This document shows positions 8,948 through 19,869 of a stretch of 64,000 nucleotides of DNA, in pieces. Origin of the DNA: Terracidiphilus sp. (lineage in GTDB: Bacteria > Acidobacteriota > Terriglobia > Terriglobales > Acidobacteriaceae); assembly GCA_036267475.1 (NCBI GenBank), contig DATAVZ010000098.1, forward strand, positions 4,974 to 68,973, in the 5' to 3' direction. The first letter of the stretch is position 1. The number at the start of each line of letters is the position of its first letter. Under the pieces are notes generated by a model. It had not been told where the DNA came from and searched no databases. It saw nothing but the letters and a program-made list of their open reading frames with translations. The translations under genes and the position numbers were made by a program.

Positions 8948-11698
8948 TTACTTGGAGCCCTGGTGAACTTCCTTGCCGGCCTTGGCCTGCTCCTCTTCCA
9001 GCGCTGCCTGCGCCGCGGCCAACCGCGCCGTCAGCAGCCGGAAGGGCGAGCAGGAAACGTAGCTCAGGCCGATCTTATGGCAGAACTTGACGCTCTCCGG
9101 ATCGCCGCCATGCTCGCCGCAGATGCCCAGTTTGATCTTGGGCCGCGTAGCGCGTCCCTTTTCCACTGCGCCCTGCACGAGCTGGCCCACGCCCGTCTGG
9201 TCGAGTGAGGCGAAGGGATCCTGCTTGAAGATGCCAGCCTTGAGATAGGCAGGCAGGAAGTTGTTAATGTCGTCACGCGAGATGCCGAAGGTGGTCTGCG
9301 TGAGATCGTTGGTGCCGAAGCTGAAGAACTCGGCCTCTTCGGCAATCTGATCGGCGGTGAGCGCGGCGCGCGGCAGCTCGATCATGGTGCCTACCATGTA
9401 GTCGACCTTGACGCCTTTGGCCTTGAAAACCTCATCGGCGACGCGGCGGACAATGGCCGTCTGGTTGCGCATCTCCTCGATGGACCCGATGAGCGGAATC
9501 ATGATCTCCACGTGCGGATTGCCGCCCTTGCTCTTCACCTGCACAGCCGCTTCCAGAATGGCCTGCGCCTGCATCTCGGTGATCTCGGGGAAGGTAATGC
9601 CCAGTCGGCAGCCGCGCAGTCCGAGCATGGGATTCATTTCGTGCAGCTCTTCCACACGCGCCAGCAGCGTGCGCAGGTCCTTCAGCTTGGGCGACCTCGG
9701 CTTGCTCTCTTCCAGCCGCGCAATCTGCACCAGCAGGTCTTCGCGCTTGGGCAAAAACTCGTGCAGCGGCGGATCGAGCAGGCGGATGGTGACCGGCAGC
9801 GACTCCATCGCCTTGAACAGGCCGGCAAAGTCAGCCCGCTGCATGGGCAGCAGCTTCTTGAGCGCGGCGCGGCGATCCTTCTCGCTGGTTGCCAGAATCA
9901 TGGTGCGCATGTGGCCAATACGGTCTTCGGCAAAGAACATGTGCTCGGTGCGGCACAGGCCAATGCCTTCGGCGCCGAACTGGCGAGCCTGCTTGGCGTC
10001 GCGCGGAATGTCGGCGTTGGCCCGGACTTTGAGGCGGCGCAGCGGATCGACCCAGTTCATGAACTTCACCAGATCGGCATCGTCGGGTTGCGCGTCCAGC
10101 GTCTTGAGCCTGCCCGCGATCACCCGGCCGGTGGTGCCGTCGAGCGAGATGTAATCACCCTCCCGGTAGGTCTTGCCTTTTACGCGCAACTCTTTCTTCG
10201 CTTCGTCCACCACGCAGTCGCCGGCGCCTGCCACGCAGCACTTGCCCATGCCGCGAGTCACAACCGCCGCGTGCGAGGTCATGCCGCCGCGCGAGGTGAG
10301 AATGCCATCGGCTACTTCCATGCCGGCGATGTCCTCGGGAGTGGTCTCGCCGCGCACCAGCACGATCGACTTATAGGAGCCGTTGCCGTGGTGCTTCACC
10401 GCGTCTTCGGCGGAGAATACGATCTGGCCCACGGCGGCGCCCGGCGATGCGGGCAGGCCGGTGGCCAGCACTTCGATTTTTTCGCCCTTTTCCACCAGGC
10501 GCGGAACCAGGAAGTCGTAGAGCTGGTTGGGCTCGACGCGGAAGATGGCTTCTTCCTTGGTGATGAGGCCTTCCTTCACCATGTCGATGGCCACCCGGAC
10601 CGCGGCCAGGCCGGTGCGTTTGCCGTTGCGGGTCTGCAGCATGTAGAGCTTGCCATCCTGGATGGTGAACTCGAAGTCCTGCATGTCGCGGTAGTGCGTT
10701 TCCATCTTCCGCGTAATGTCCTTCAACTGCTCGAAGCACTGTGGCATCGCCTTCTCGAGCTCGCTGATGGGGTTGGGCGTGCGCACGCCGGAGACCACGT
10801 CTTCGCCCTGCGCGTTCATCAGGTATTCGCCGAAGAAGACGTGCTCGCCAGTGGCCGGATTGCGGGTAAAGCCCACGCCGGTGCCGGAGTTTTCGCCCAG
10901 GTTGCCGAACACCATGGCCTGCACGTTGACCGCGGTGCCGATGCTGTCGTCGATGCGGTTGATGCGGCGATAGGTCTTGGCGCGATCGTTCTGCCAACTG
11001 CGGAACACGGCATTGCGCGCTTCCTTGAGCTGCTCGATCGGATTCTGCGGGAAGTCGTTGCCGGTTTCCTTCTTCACCAGCTTCTTGTACTCGGCAATGA
11101 TCTGCTTGAGCGTGTCGGCGGTCAGATCGTAGTCGAACTTGATCTTTTTGGCCGTCTTGAAACCGTCGAAGATGTGCTCGAACTTCTTCTTCGGCACATC
11201 GAGCACCACGTCGCCGAACATCTGGATCAGGCGCCGGTAGGAGTCGTAGGCGAAGCGCGGATTGCCGGTGAGCTTGGCGAGCGTTTCCACGGCCTTGTCA
11301 TTGAGGCCGAGGTTGAGGATGGTGTCCATCATGCCGGGCATGGAAAATTTGGCGCCCGAGCGCACCGAGACCAGCAGCGGATTGTCGCCCGCGCCCAGCT
11401 TTTGCCCCTGCACCTTTTCAAGCTGTTCGAGCGCGGCCAGCATCTCCTTGTCGATCTGCGGGCTTACCTTGCCGCGCATGTACTCGCGGCAGGCCTCGGT
11501 CTGGATGGTGAATCCGGGAGGGACGGGCAAACCGGCGAGAGTCATCTCGGCCAGTCCTGCGCCCTTGCCACCCAGCACATCCTTCATCTTGCCGTTGCCG
11601 TCAGCCTTGCCGCCGCCAAAGGAGTAGACATACTTGGTTGGACCTGCGTTTGAGCCTGCTTTTGCAGCAGGCGCTTGCTCCAGAACGCCCTGCGTCAT
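8948..11698 (-). CDS. ppdK: Pyruvate, phosphate dikinase
   Basis: LGGKGAGLAEM, LVSVRSGAKFSMPGMMDT, phospho-His motif GGMTSHAAVV, GIGLCRTEHMF, SFGTNDLTQ, GICGEHGGDP. Confidence 0.98.
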   Translation of the reverse strand: MTQGVLEQAPAAKAGSNAGPTKYVYSFGGGKADGNGKMKDVLGGKGAGLAEMTLAGLPVPPGFTIQTEACREYMRGKVSPQIDKEMLAALEQLEKVQGQKLGAGDNPLLVSVRSGAKFSMPGMMDTILNLGLNDKAVETLAKLTGNPRFAYDSYRRLIQMFGDVVLDVPKKKFEHIFDGFKTAKKIKFDYDLTADTLKQIIAEYKKLVKKETGNDFPQNPIEQLKEARNAVFRSWQNDRAKTYRRINRIDDSIGTAVNVQAMVFGNLGENSGTGVGFTRNPATGEHVFFGEYLMNAQGEDVVSGVRTPNPISELEKAMPQCFEQLKDITRKMETHYRDMQDFEFTIQDGKLYMLQTRNGKRTGLAAVRVAIDMVKEGLITKEEAIFRVEPNQLYDFLVPRLVEKGEKIEVLATGLPASPGAAVGQIVFSAEDAVKHHGNGSYKSIVLVRGETTPEDIAGMEVADGILTSRGGMTSHAAVVTRGMGKCCVAGAGDCVVDEAKKELRVKGKTYREGDYISLDGTTGRVIAGRLKTLDAQPDDADLVKFMNWVDPLRRLKVRANADIPRDAKQARQFGAEGIGLCRTEHMFFAEDRIGHMRTMILATSEKDRRAALKKLLPMQRADFAGLFKAMESLPVTIRLLDPPLHEFLPKREDLLVQIARLEESKPRSPKLKDLRTLLARVEELHEMNPMLGLRGCRLGITFPEITEMQAQAILEAAVQVKSKGGNPHVEIMIPLIGSIEEMRNQTAIVRRVADEVFKAKGVKVDYMVGTMIELPRAALTADQIAEEAEFFSFGTNDLTQTTFGISRDDINNFLPAYLKAGIFKQDPFASLDQTGVGQLVQGAVEKGRATRPKIKLGICGEHGGDPESVKFCHKIGLSYVSCSPFRLLTARLAAAQAALEEEQAKAGKEVHQGSK

Positions 11699-12025
11699 GG
11701 GGTAAAGCCTCCGTCTTTGTTTGGATTGCGCGGGCGGGTCGATACAAGAGGGTGGCGAACAGAGGCTCAACGGCTGGATTTCAGACGGCCATAGCGGTTT
11801 GTCAATTGCTTCGTCCGAAGACCACGGATGCTGTGCGGAATTTCCCGGTGGGAAAGACCGCCCTCCGTGATCATCGGAAAAGGCGCCTGATTGTGGAACC
11901 GCTCTGAACTGAGCATGCGCGCGTCATCCAGACATCGGACTTCGCCTTGCGGCATGTCGCAAATACAATAGCCATTCAAGTATACGTTTCGCGGTGCCAT
12001 TCGTCACATGGCGGCCGTGCGCGCG

Positions 12026-12381
12026 GGGCAATTGCATTTGAAATTCGTTGCGAGCCGGTTGCCGCAGGGCGTGTTTTCCATTCAAAGTCGAGGTTTTGTA
12101 TCAATCTAGCTAGGTTTTGTAACAGGGCACGACTTCAGTCGTGCCGCATCAGGCCACAAGAGCGATAGGGCTTTAGCCCCTGCCAATGCGCGTCTCCATC
12201 AATTGAGCTTTTGCAGCGGCTAAAGCCGGTCGGATCGCAGCCCCACCGGCGGCACGACTCAAGTCGTGCCCTGTTACAACGCACCCATCAATCTGGGTTT
12301 ACAGTTTGCAAGGTTTAGAGTTTGCAAAGTTTACTGTTTGCGCGATGCTGGTACCCTCATAAAATCCAAATGCAATTGCCC
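12026..12381. repeat. TIR-bounded dispersed repeat, subfamily B
   Basis: 15 bp perfect TIR GGGCAATTGCATTTG / CAAATGCAATTGCCC; colinear and highly similar to 60427-60760 along its length. Confidence 0.9.
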
Positions 12382-12468
12382 TGGGCGCGCGCCATATAGG
12401 CTGGGACAAATTTCCGTCGCCCCTTCGCTATCTGGGACAGGCGGCGTTACTGGTACGCGGCTGGCGGC

Positions 12469-12822
12469 TCAGGCCGCGTTGAGCACAAGCTCGGGGCAGG
12501 GCTGCGCGGCCTCGTGACAGACAATCATGCGCTCCAGACCCACCAGCAGAAGAATCTCTTCCACGCGCGGCGTGACGCGGCAGATGGTGAAGCAGTGGCC
12601 GGCCTGTCTGGCCGCGCAATAAAGAGAGATAAGCGTGGCGATGCCGGCGGCGTCAATGCGCTCCACGGCGCGCATGTCGAGCGTGACCGGGTGCGCCAAA
12701 ACCAATGGGTTGAGCTGCTCGACTAGGGCCTCGTCGTGGCCGCGGACCAGTTCGACCGTCTCACCCGGCAGGTCGGGTTCGAGGATGGCGATGGCTCGAT
12801 TGCTGCTGAATGCGATATGCAT
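12469..12822 (-). CDS. STAS domain protein (anti-sigma factor antagonist-like)
   Basis: VTLDMRAVERIDAAGIATLI and VEEILLLVGL match the STAS pattern. Confidence 0.8.
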   Translation of the reverse strand: MHIAFSSNRAIAILEPDLPGETVELVRGHDEALVEQLNPLVLAHPVTLDMRAVERIDAAGIATLISLYCAARQAGHCFTICRVTPRVEEILLLVGLERMIVCHEAAQPCPELVLNAA

Positions 12823-13071
12823 AAAAACCTCCTGTGAGCTTGCAGCTCGGCTTTCCCTATAGTGTGCATGCGGAAGGCCAAACTGGATTGGCAGCCGTCG
12901 GATGGGAATATGCTGAAACTGCAAGGGAAAGCCGAAGTTCCCGGATTTCCCTGGGCGGCCGCCCGGTGTGCGATTTCAAACCGGGCGTCCGCAAATGAAC
13001 AGTAATCTTTTCTACGTAAAATGAGTGTTTCCAGTTCCATTATCGCTTCATCCGGCGGTTCGCAGGCTGGG

Positions 13072-14232
13072 ATGGCCCGCGATCCGGTACGCGCTCAGGC
13101 GCTTGAGGCCGGCTTTGCGGAGGCCGGGCTGGTGGCGCTGCCGCACCCCGCCGAAGCCCGCGATGCCAGCCGGTTTGCGCAGTGGATTCGCGCCGGCCGC
13201 GCCGGAACCATGCGCTATCTCGAACGGGCGGCGGAAGATGGGCGGCTGGTGCGGGAGCGCGTGGGGGTGCCGTTTCCGTGGGCGCGGTCGGCGGTGGTGT
13301 GCCTGGCCAACTACCACTCCGCACAGCCCAAGTCGACCGACGCGGCTCAAAAGGGCGCCGCATGGATTGCCCGCTACGCCTGGAGCAGCCGGCGGGATGC
13401 CGGCGGCGCGCGCCGCCCGAGCGATTATCACAAAGTGCTGCTCAAGCGGCTCAAGGCGCTCGATGCCGGGCTTCGCCAGCGCTATGGCGAGTTCGAATCG
13501 CGCGCCTATGTGGACACCGGTCCGGTGGTGGAGCGGTCGCTGGCCGTCGCCGCGGGGCTGGGATGGGCAGGCAAGAATACCTGCCTGATTCATCCCCGGC
13601 TCGGGTCGTATGGATTTCTGGCTGTCCTGCTCACCTCGCTGCCGGTTCGGGAAGAGGAGGCGTTCACGGCGTTTCATGTCCCCGACCGCTGCGGGAGTTG
13701 CACGCGGTGCATCGAGGCCTGCCCCACCGGCGCGCTGGTTACGCCCTACCAGATGGATGCGACGCGCTGCATCTCCTACCTGACCATCGAACACAAGGGC
13801 GCAATTGCCGCGGAGCTGGCCGCGGAGATGGGCCGGCAGGTGTTTGGCTGCGATATCTGTCAGGACGTCTGCCCCTGGAATCGCAAGGCTCCGATTGGCG
13901 TGGATGCGGAGCTGGAGCCGCGCCAGGAGCTGGTGAATCCGGCGCTGGAGTGGCTGGCGAACCTGGACGAATCCTCCTTCGAGCGCGCCTTCAACGGTTC
14001 GCCGGTGCGGCGGGCGGGATTTGCGGGGCTGCGCAGAAATGTGGCCATCGCCATGGGCAACGCGGGACTGGCGCGGTTTGCGCCGCGATTGCGGGACTGG
14101 GCGCAGGCGGCAGATGAGGGACTGCGCGCCGCGGCCCGCTGGGCGCTCGACAGACTCGACGGTGCGGCGAACGGAGAAAAGCGGCATTGCCCACCGGCGC
14201 AGCGCGAACCGGCCCGAAGCGACTATCCTTAA
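13072..14232 (+). CDS. queG: tRNA epoxyqueuosine(34) reductase
   Basis: IARYAW, DYH, YVDTGPVVER, AGLGWAGKN, CGSCTRCIEACPTGA, CISYLTIE, FGCDICQDVCPWN. Confidence 0.95.
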   Translation: MARDPVRAQALEAGFAEAGLVALPHPAEARDASRFAQWIRAGRAGTMRYLERAAEDGRLVRERVGVPFPWARSAVVCLANYHSAQPKSTDAAQKGAAWIARYAWSSRRDAGGARRPSDYHKVLLKRLKALDAGLRQRYGEFESRAYVDTGPVVERSLAVAAGLGWAGKNTCLIHPRLGSYGFLAVLLTSLPVREEEAFTAFHVPDRCGSCTRCIEACPTGALVTPYQMDATRCISYLTIEHKGAIAAELAAEMGRQVFGCDICQDVCPWNRKAPIGVDAELEPRQELVNPALEWLANLDESSFERAFNGSPVRRAGFAGLRRNVAIAMGNAGLARFAPRLRDWAQAADEGLRAAARWALDRLDGAANGEKRHCPPAQREPARSDYP

Positions 14233-14429
14233 AAAGTCTTAGTAGAAAAGGTCTGCGCGCCTCTATCTATCGGCCTATCGGCGATCGGTTGCATACGAAC
14301 CTGGTTGCCGTCCGTCAGGAGCTATACGTGTCTGGCATAGCGGGGTAGACGCCGGCCGTACAGCCGGGCTGGAGTCTACACAACAGCGCCGCGCCGGCAA
14401 GAGCCTGATCTACGAAGCGGGAGCAGTGT

Positions 14430-15377
14430 TTGGCGGAACTGGTGAAATCGGATTTGCCGCTCGAGACCACGGTAGGCGGCGCACCGCCGCCGGAGCCGGC
14501 CAAGCGGTCCAAGTGGTATCACTGGCGCAGACGCGGCACCGCGCTGGTTGCCTACCTGCTCGACAGCGAAGTGCACACCTTCGCCTTCAGCGTGGCCGCC
14601 AATGCGATTCTTTCCTTCATTCCTTTCGTGGTGCTCATGTATACGCTGGCGCTGTCTGTGTTTCACTCGCAGGCCATGGTGGATGTGATCACCCAGATGG
14701 TGAATTATTTCTTTCCCACCACCACGCGGGAGCCGAACTGGCTGGCCAACAACATGCGGGCCGCTGCGGCCTTGTCTTCGCGCCATGGCGTGCAGGCCTT
14801 CTCGCTGCTGGTGATTCTGATCTCCTGCACGGGAATCTTTCTGCCCCTTGAGGTTGCGCTCAACCAGGCATGGGGCGTCAGCCGCAGCCGCAACTATTTG
14901 TTCAACCAGGCGGTGGCCTTCGGGCTGGCGCTCATCCTGGTAGCGCTGGGCATGGGCAGCGTGGCGCTGAACGCCAGCGCGAACACGGTGCTGACGTTCG
15001 TCTTCTTTCACCACACCGATAATTTTTTCTTCACCGGCCTCAGCTCGATCCTGCTCACGCTCAGCACCGGCGTGGCGGTGATCCTGTTCTTCTTTTGCGT
15101 CTACTGGATTCTGCCCAACCGCAAAGTGCCGGCCATGCCGGTGCTGCGCGTGTCGATTGCGACCGGAATCATCTGGCTGCTTTTGAAAGAAGCATTCGCA
15201 GACGTGCTGCCGCATCTTGATCTGCGCTCGCTCTATGGAGCGTTTTATGTGTCCGTGGGGCTGCTGTTCTGGGCCTACATCTCGGGCCTAATCCTGTTTG
15301 CCGGCGCGCAGTTCAGCGTGGCGCGGATCGGCAATGAGACGAATTCGACCCAGCCGGTAAGCAACGCCGCGGGCTGA
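14430..15377 (+). CDS. YihY/virulence factor BrkB family membrane protein
   Basis: Multiple transmembrane segments; ALNQAWGV, YWILPNRKV and SLYGAF..SVGLLFWAYISGLILFAGA motifs. Confidence 0.85.
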   Translation: MAELVKSDLPLETTVGGAPPPEPAKRSKWYHWRRRGTALVAYLLDSEVHTFAFSVAANAILSFIPFVVLMYTLALSVFHSQAMVDVITQMVNYFFPTTTREPNWLANNMRAAAALSSRHGVQAFSLLVILISCTGIFLPLEVALNQAWGVSRSRNYLFNQAVAFGLALILVALGMGSVALNASANTVLTFVFFHHTDNFFFTGLSSILLTLSTGVAVILFFFCVYWILPNRKVPAMPVLRVSIATGIIWLLLKEAFADVLPHLDLRSLYGAFYVSVGLLFWAYISGLILFAGAQFSVARIGNETNSTQPVSNAAG

Positions 15378-15451
15378 CGGGCCCAGCCGCGGCGCCCTCA
15401 GAATCAGATGACAGCCCCAATTAGATGACAGGCCCAGCCGCCTTGAATTGC

Positions 15452-16615
15452 TCAGCGAACCTTGAACGCCTTCACCACAATCGCGTCCGGATCGCGTCCG
15501 GTCGGCAGCATGGTGAACAGAGACTCGGTTGCCGTGCGCACCACGGCCACATCGTCCGAGCGCGAGTCGACCACGAACAGCAGATGGCCGGCGCCTGAAA
15601 ACGCCATGGCCGAAGGCCCGTCGCCAACATGCACCCATCCGATGCGCTTTCCATCGTCAATCGAATAGAGGTTCACGAACTGGGTGCGCAGATTGGCTAC
15701 ATAGAGGAGCGCATTGTCGCGCGAGACCAGGCCGAAGACCGGATCTTCGCCGATCATGAAGGTGTCGCCCACCTCGTCGCTGGTGTCGTAGATCTCCGAG
15801 ACCGAGTCGGAGAGCGAGTTGGAGGCGAAGATCTCGCCGCCGTCCGGCTTGAGCGTCAGAGCGACCGGCGCGCGGCCCACATCCATGAGCGTTTCGAGCT
15901 GGTCGGGCTCGGCGGGATGATCCTTGGGGCGCGCCAGCGCAATGGCCATCACCTGGTGGCCGGCGGAACAGGCCACGAAGGCCTTCGACGAGTCGGGCAG
16001 AATCACCGGGGCCTGCGCGCCCGGGCAGCCGGTGAAAACCGCGCGGACGCGGCCGGTTTTAGGATCGACGATGGTCACCGAGTCGGCCCCGCGATTGGCC
16101 ACAACCAGAGACTTTCCGTCGGGCGCGATCCTGGCGGCCACCGGCTCCTGGCCGGTGCCGATTTCGGCCAGCACGCGCCGCGTGCGCAGGTCGATCACGG
16201 AGATTGAATTCGAGCCCGAGTTGGCCACGTAGGCGATGTTGCCGGCGGCGTCGAGATCGATGGAAACCGGCTGGCGCCTGACGGCAATGGTGGCCACAAC
16301 GGTGTTGTGCTCCGCGTCAATCACTGAAACTGAGCCCCAGCCGGTTGGCGAGCCGGAGTTGACGACGTAGATCTCGTTGCGCCTGGGACTGGCTGCCATC
16401 GCCACCGGATTCTGGCCCACCTGCAGCTCGCGGTCCACGCGGACATTCACCACGTCGAGAATGGTCACCGTACCGCTGCCGCCGTTGGAAATGTAGGCGT
16501 ACTCGCGATAGTTGGGCGGATACTGCGGAAAGTCGTGCGGACGGCAGCCGGTGAGGGCCAGCACGCAGAGGGTGAGAGGCGCAGTCAGCCGCGCAATGCT
16601 TTTCAACGCCAACAT
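15452..16615 (-). CDS. YncE/YVTN beta-propeller lipoprotein
   Basis: Lipobox LTGC; repeated AYISNGGSGTVTILD, YVANSGSNSISVID and LVVANRGADSVTIVD blades. Confidence 0.85.
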   Translation of the reverse strand: MLALKSIARLTAPLTLCVLALTGCRPHDFPQYPPNYREYAYISNGGSGTVTILDVVNVRVDRELQVGQNPVAMAASPRRNEIYVVNSGSPTGWGSVSVIDAEHNTVVATIAVRRQPVSIDLDAAGNIAYVANSGSNSISVIDLRTRRVLAEIGTGQEPVAARIAPDGKSLVVANRGADSVTIVDPKTGRVRAVFTGCPGAQAPVILPDSSKAFVACSAGHQVMAIALARPKDHPAEPDQLETLMDVGRAPVALTLKPDGGEIFASNSLSDSVSEIYDTSDEVGDTFMIGEDPVFGLVSRDNALLYVANLRTQFVNLYSIDDGKRIGWVHVGDGPSAMAFSGAGHLLFVVDSRSDDVAVVRTATESLFTMLPTGRDPDAIVVKAFKVR

Positions 16616-16616
16616 C

Positions 16617-17669
16617 CTATCCGGCGGCAGCGGCCACGTGAATGCCGCGGGGCAGATTGCGCGCGACGATGGGCGCAATCTGGCCGATCTCGCTCATCAG
16701 CTCGGCAAACTGGTCGGGATAAATGGACTGCGGCCCGTCGGAAAGCGCAATCTCGGGGTGGTTGTGTACCTCCACCAGGATGCCGTCCGCTCCGGCGGCC
16801 ACTGCGGCCCGAGCCATGGGCAGCACGCTGTCGCGGCGGCCGGTGCCGTGGCTGGGGTCCACCAGGATAGGCAGATGACTGACGCGCTTGATGGCCGGCA
16901 CCACGCTCAGGTCGAGCGTGTTGCGGGCGTGGTCGGTAAATGTGCGCACGCCGCGCTCGCACAGAATCACCTGGTAATTGCCCTCGCTCATAACGTACTC
17001 GGCAGCCATCAGGAACTCTTCCAGCGTGGCGCTCAGGCCGCGCTTGACCAGCACCGGCTTGCGCAGCCGGCCGGCTTTCTTCAGCAGGGAATAGTTCTGC
17101 ATGTTGCGCGCGCCGATCTGGATCACGTCGGCCCACTCGGCAACCAGCTCCAGGGTTTCGCTGTCGATGGCCTCGGTAATAATGCGCAGGCCGAATTTGT
17201 CCCGAATCTCGGCCATGATCTTCAGCGCGTCCACACCCATGCCCTGAAATGCGTAGGGCGATGTGCGCGGCTTGTACGCGCCGCCGCGGAAAAACTGCGC
17301 TCCAGCGGCTGCTACCCGCTCGGCGATGGCGAAGGCCTGCTCACGGCTCTCGATGGAGCAGGGGCCGGCCACAACTGCCAGATCGCGGCCGCCAATGGTG
17401 GCGTCTGTCCCGGCAAAACGCACCACGGTGTCTTCCTGCTTTACGTCGCGGCTGGCCAGCTTGTAGGCCTTGGAGACGCGGATCACTTCGGCAACGCCAG
17501 GCAGCGCTTCAAGATTGCCGCGGTCCACCTCGCCCTGGTTGCCGGTGATGCCGATGGCCGTGCGCTGCGCGCCGGGCAGCGGATGCGCACGAAAGCCCAG
17601 TTGCTCGATGTGCTCGCAAACCGCCTGTATCTGCCCCGGCGTGGCTTGCGCTGTCATGACCACTAACAT
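16617..17669 (-). CDS. aroF: 3-deoxy-7-phosphoheptulonate synthase (type I-beta with N-terminal regulatory domain)
   Basis: [63 protein letters not shown]. Confidence 0.95.
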   Translation of the reverse strand: MLVVMTAQATPGQIQAVCEHIEQLGFRAHPLPGAQRTAIGITGNQGEVDRGNLEALPGVAEVIRVSKAYKLASRDVKQEDTVVRFAGTDATIGGRDLAVVAGPCSIESREQAFAIAERVAAAGAQFFRGGAYKPRTSPYAFQGMGVDALKIMAEIRDKFGLRIITEAIDSETLELVAEWADVIQIGARNMQNYSLLKKAGRLRKPVLVKRGLSATLEEFLMAAEYVMSEGNYQVILCERGVRTFTDHARNTLDLSVVPAIKRVSHLPILVDPSHGTGRRDSVLPMARAAVAAGADGILVEVHNHPEIALSDGPQSIYPDQFAELMSEIGQIAPIVARNLPRGIHVAAAAG

Positions 17670-17751
17670 GGCTGGCCTCTCGAACCCTCAGTTTATAGTA
17701 TTTTTCCCATGACGGGCGTGCATTGGCATGCATGGTCGCGCCGGACGCAGC

Positions 17752-18067
17752 GGCAATCGCATGGACGCTTTTCGTTGGCGAGTCAGGTTTTGTTTGCGCG
17801 TGTCAAGGACTGCCACGGTGACTGCCACGGTGAATACCACGCCAGGTGCCACAGTCGATTTGGTCGAGTGCCACGCTCGATTTCTTCGAGCGCCACGGCA
17901 AGTGCCACGGCGAGTGCCATGGCCGTTTTCGTCCCGGAGGGACGGGCCGAAACTAGCCCAGGCCAAGCGAAGCGCAGTCCTGGGAAGCGGAAACCTCAGC
18001 ACAAGGCAGCCCCGGAGGGGCGGCGCGAACCCATGGCACGGCTCTTCGCACGCTCACGCGATTGCCC
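17752..18067. repeat. TIR-bounded dispersed repeat, subfamily A, flanked by 18 bp direct repeats
   Basis: Ends GGCAATCGCATGGACG / CGCTCACGCGATTGCCC; same core as 2723-3039; GGTCGCGCCGGACGCAGC at 17734-17751 and 18068-18085. Confidence 0.85.
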
Positions 18068-18302
18068 GGTCGCGCCGGACGCAGCCGCGAGGCAATGCAA
18101 GTCTGGAAGAGGATTCAGGAGGAAAAGGGAAAGACGGGCTTAAGGATGGAGGTGCGATGCCGGAGGGGTTGGTGCCTGTTGCTCGTTTGGTTCGGCGCCG
18201 GGCCTGATTGGCCTTCGAGTCACCGTGGTTTCAGGTCAGGCGATGCGCCAACAATACAGATCTGGGGGCGGCGCACAACGCCATAAGGTTTGCGAGGACA
18301 AC

Positions 18303-18404
18303 TTACTCGTGCTTTACAGCAGAACCGGGGCCAAAGTTGACAGCGACAATAGCCGGGGCCACAACGACACCAATGAATGCGATAGCGATCAAGAGATCAT
18401 GCAT
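18303..18404 (-). CDS. 33 aa single-helix hydrophobic small protein MHDLLIAIAFIGVVVAPAIVAVNFGPGSAVKHE (below the ORF-track cutoff)
   Basis: ATG preceded by GGGAG; one 19-residue hydrophobic segment. Confidence 0.6.
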   Translation of the reverse strand: MHDLLIAIAFIGVVVAPAIVAVNFGPGSAVKHE

Positions 18405-18667
18405 GGAAGGAATCTCCCTGTGCGGCTTCGCTGAGCCCGTCCACAACTGAATGATCCCTCAGATTGGAAAAAACTGAAATACCACTTGCACCGGGTTCGC
18501 AAGTCTTTGAGTGCTACCCGGTTCTGGTGCGAAAGTGGTATCGGGAAGGCGCACCTTTCAAGAGCCGGCCGCATTGCGGAATGAGTCGCCACGCAGATAT
18601 CCATAAGCAGTTCACTGATGGGATTTCAGGCTGGTGTAGCCCGCAAAACAGATGGTCATTTAAGCTC

Positions 18668-18737
18668 TTTGAAAGGGCACGGCTTTAGCCGTGCCGCAAA
18701 CGCCGCAGAATGAGTGTGGGCTTTAGCCCCTGAGGGA
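18668..18737. repeat. REP-like double hairpin module
   Basis: Second copy of the 270-338 module. Confidence 0.85.
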
Positions 18738-19006
18738 ATGCCGCTTGTATGATCCGCCAATTTTGGCTCGCAAATAGCAGATGCTATTTGCGGCGGACAC
18801 CACTAATGTCCTGCGTGGTCGATACGGTTCAAGCGCTCCAGATCGCGTTTCTGCGCGCGCCAGCGATAGCCCATCCAGGCCACATAACCAAGCTGAATGC
18901 ACCACGAGATCGCGTATGCGGCCACCCGGAACTGGTGATCGAGAATTGCGCCTTGATCGAGACCCATCTTTCCCTCGCTTCGGAGCTGTGTTCGGATGAT
19001 TGAGGC

Positions 19007-19720
19007 TCAGACGCCCATGTCGCCGGCCAGAGCCAGCCGGGCTTCGGCCGCGGCAATGCGCTGCTGGCGGCGTTCCACCGCATAGCGAATCATGAAAAGC
19101 AGAATGCTCCAGGCCAGCCACGCAAAAACATTCCATAAAAAAGGGATGTACATGGATTTATCCATGCCGGACCCCGGCGCACCCCCAAATACCGGCGCGG
19201 GATGCTGGGTACGCCACCAGCGGTTGGACATGTAGACAATGGGCACGTCGAGCGCACCAAAGATGCCCAGAACCGCGGCCAGCGTCTGCACCTGCGGGCC
19301 GTCGGCAAAGCGGCGCAGAAGCAGGTAGCTCACGTAGATCAGCCACAGAACCAGGGTGGTGGTAAGCCGCGCGTCCCATGTCCACCAGATGCCCCAGGCG
19401 CGCCGTCCCCACATCGAGCCGAGAATGAGCGCGTTGGCGCAGCAGATGACGCCGACCTCGGCGCCGGCCAGCGCCCATGCGTCTGCAATCTGCGCCCGCT
19501 CCGGCTGGCTGTGACGCCAGGTTAAAAATCCCACCGAGCCCAGGAAGGAGAGCGCAAAGAACAGAAAGCAGCAGAAGAATAGCGGCACATGGTAAAAGAT
19601 GATGCGAAAGATCTCGCCCTGCATGGCGTCAGTCGGCGCCACGTAGATGGCCTGATAGTAGCCCCAGACCATCAGCAGCACAGTAAGAATGGCGTAGAAT
19701 CCGAATCCGGCACGTTTCAT
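19007..19720 (-). CDS. ccmC: Heme exporter / cytochrome c biogenesis protein CcmC
   Basis: RIIFYHVP, Trp-rich WWD motif GSMWGRRAWGIWWTWDARLT, RWWRTQHP. Confidence 0.9.
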   Translation of the reverse strand: MKRAGFGFYAILTVLLMVWGYYQAIYVAPTDAMQGEIFRIIFYHVPLFFCCFLFFALSFLGSVGFLTWRHSQPERAQIADAWALAGAEVGVICCANALILGSMWGRRAWGIWWTWDARLTTTLVLWLIYVSYLLLRRFADGPQVQTLAAVLGIFGALDVPIVYMSNRWWRTQHPAPVFGGAPGSGMDKSMYIPFLWNVFAWLAWSILLFMIRYAVERRQQRIAAAEARLALAGDMGV

Positions 19721-19869
19721 GAGAGAGATATTCCTGGCACCTCCAGTGTACGACGGCAAGCGCGATGCGCCGTCTCACGGTCCGCCTATTCCACATGCCG
19801 AAGGCCGCATCCGCAAAACCGGATCGAGTCTTGCCTGCAGCGGAACGGCCTTCGCTCACCAAGGCCCAG

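Noticed and set aside
9512-11653. 713 aa ORF on the + strand
   Set aside because: Antisense shadow of ppdK, expected from GC-rich codon usage; no recognisable motifs
11699-12025. Possible riboswitch or small ORF upstream of ppdK
   Set aside because: No recognisable aptamer consensus or convincing RBS-linked ORF
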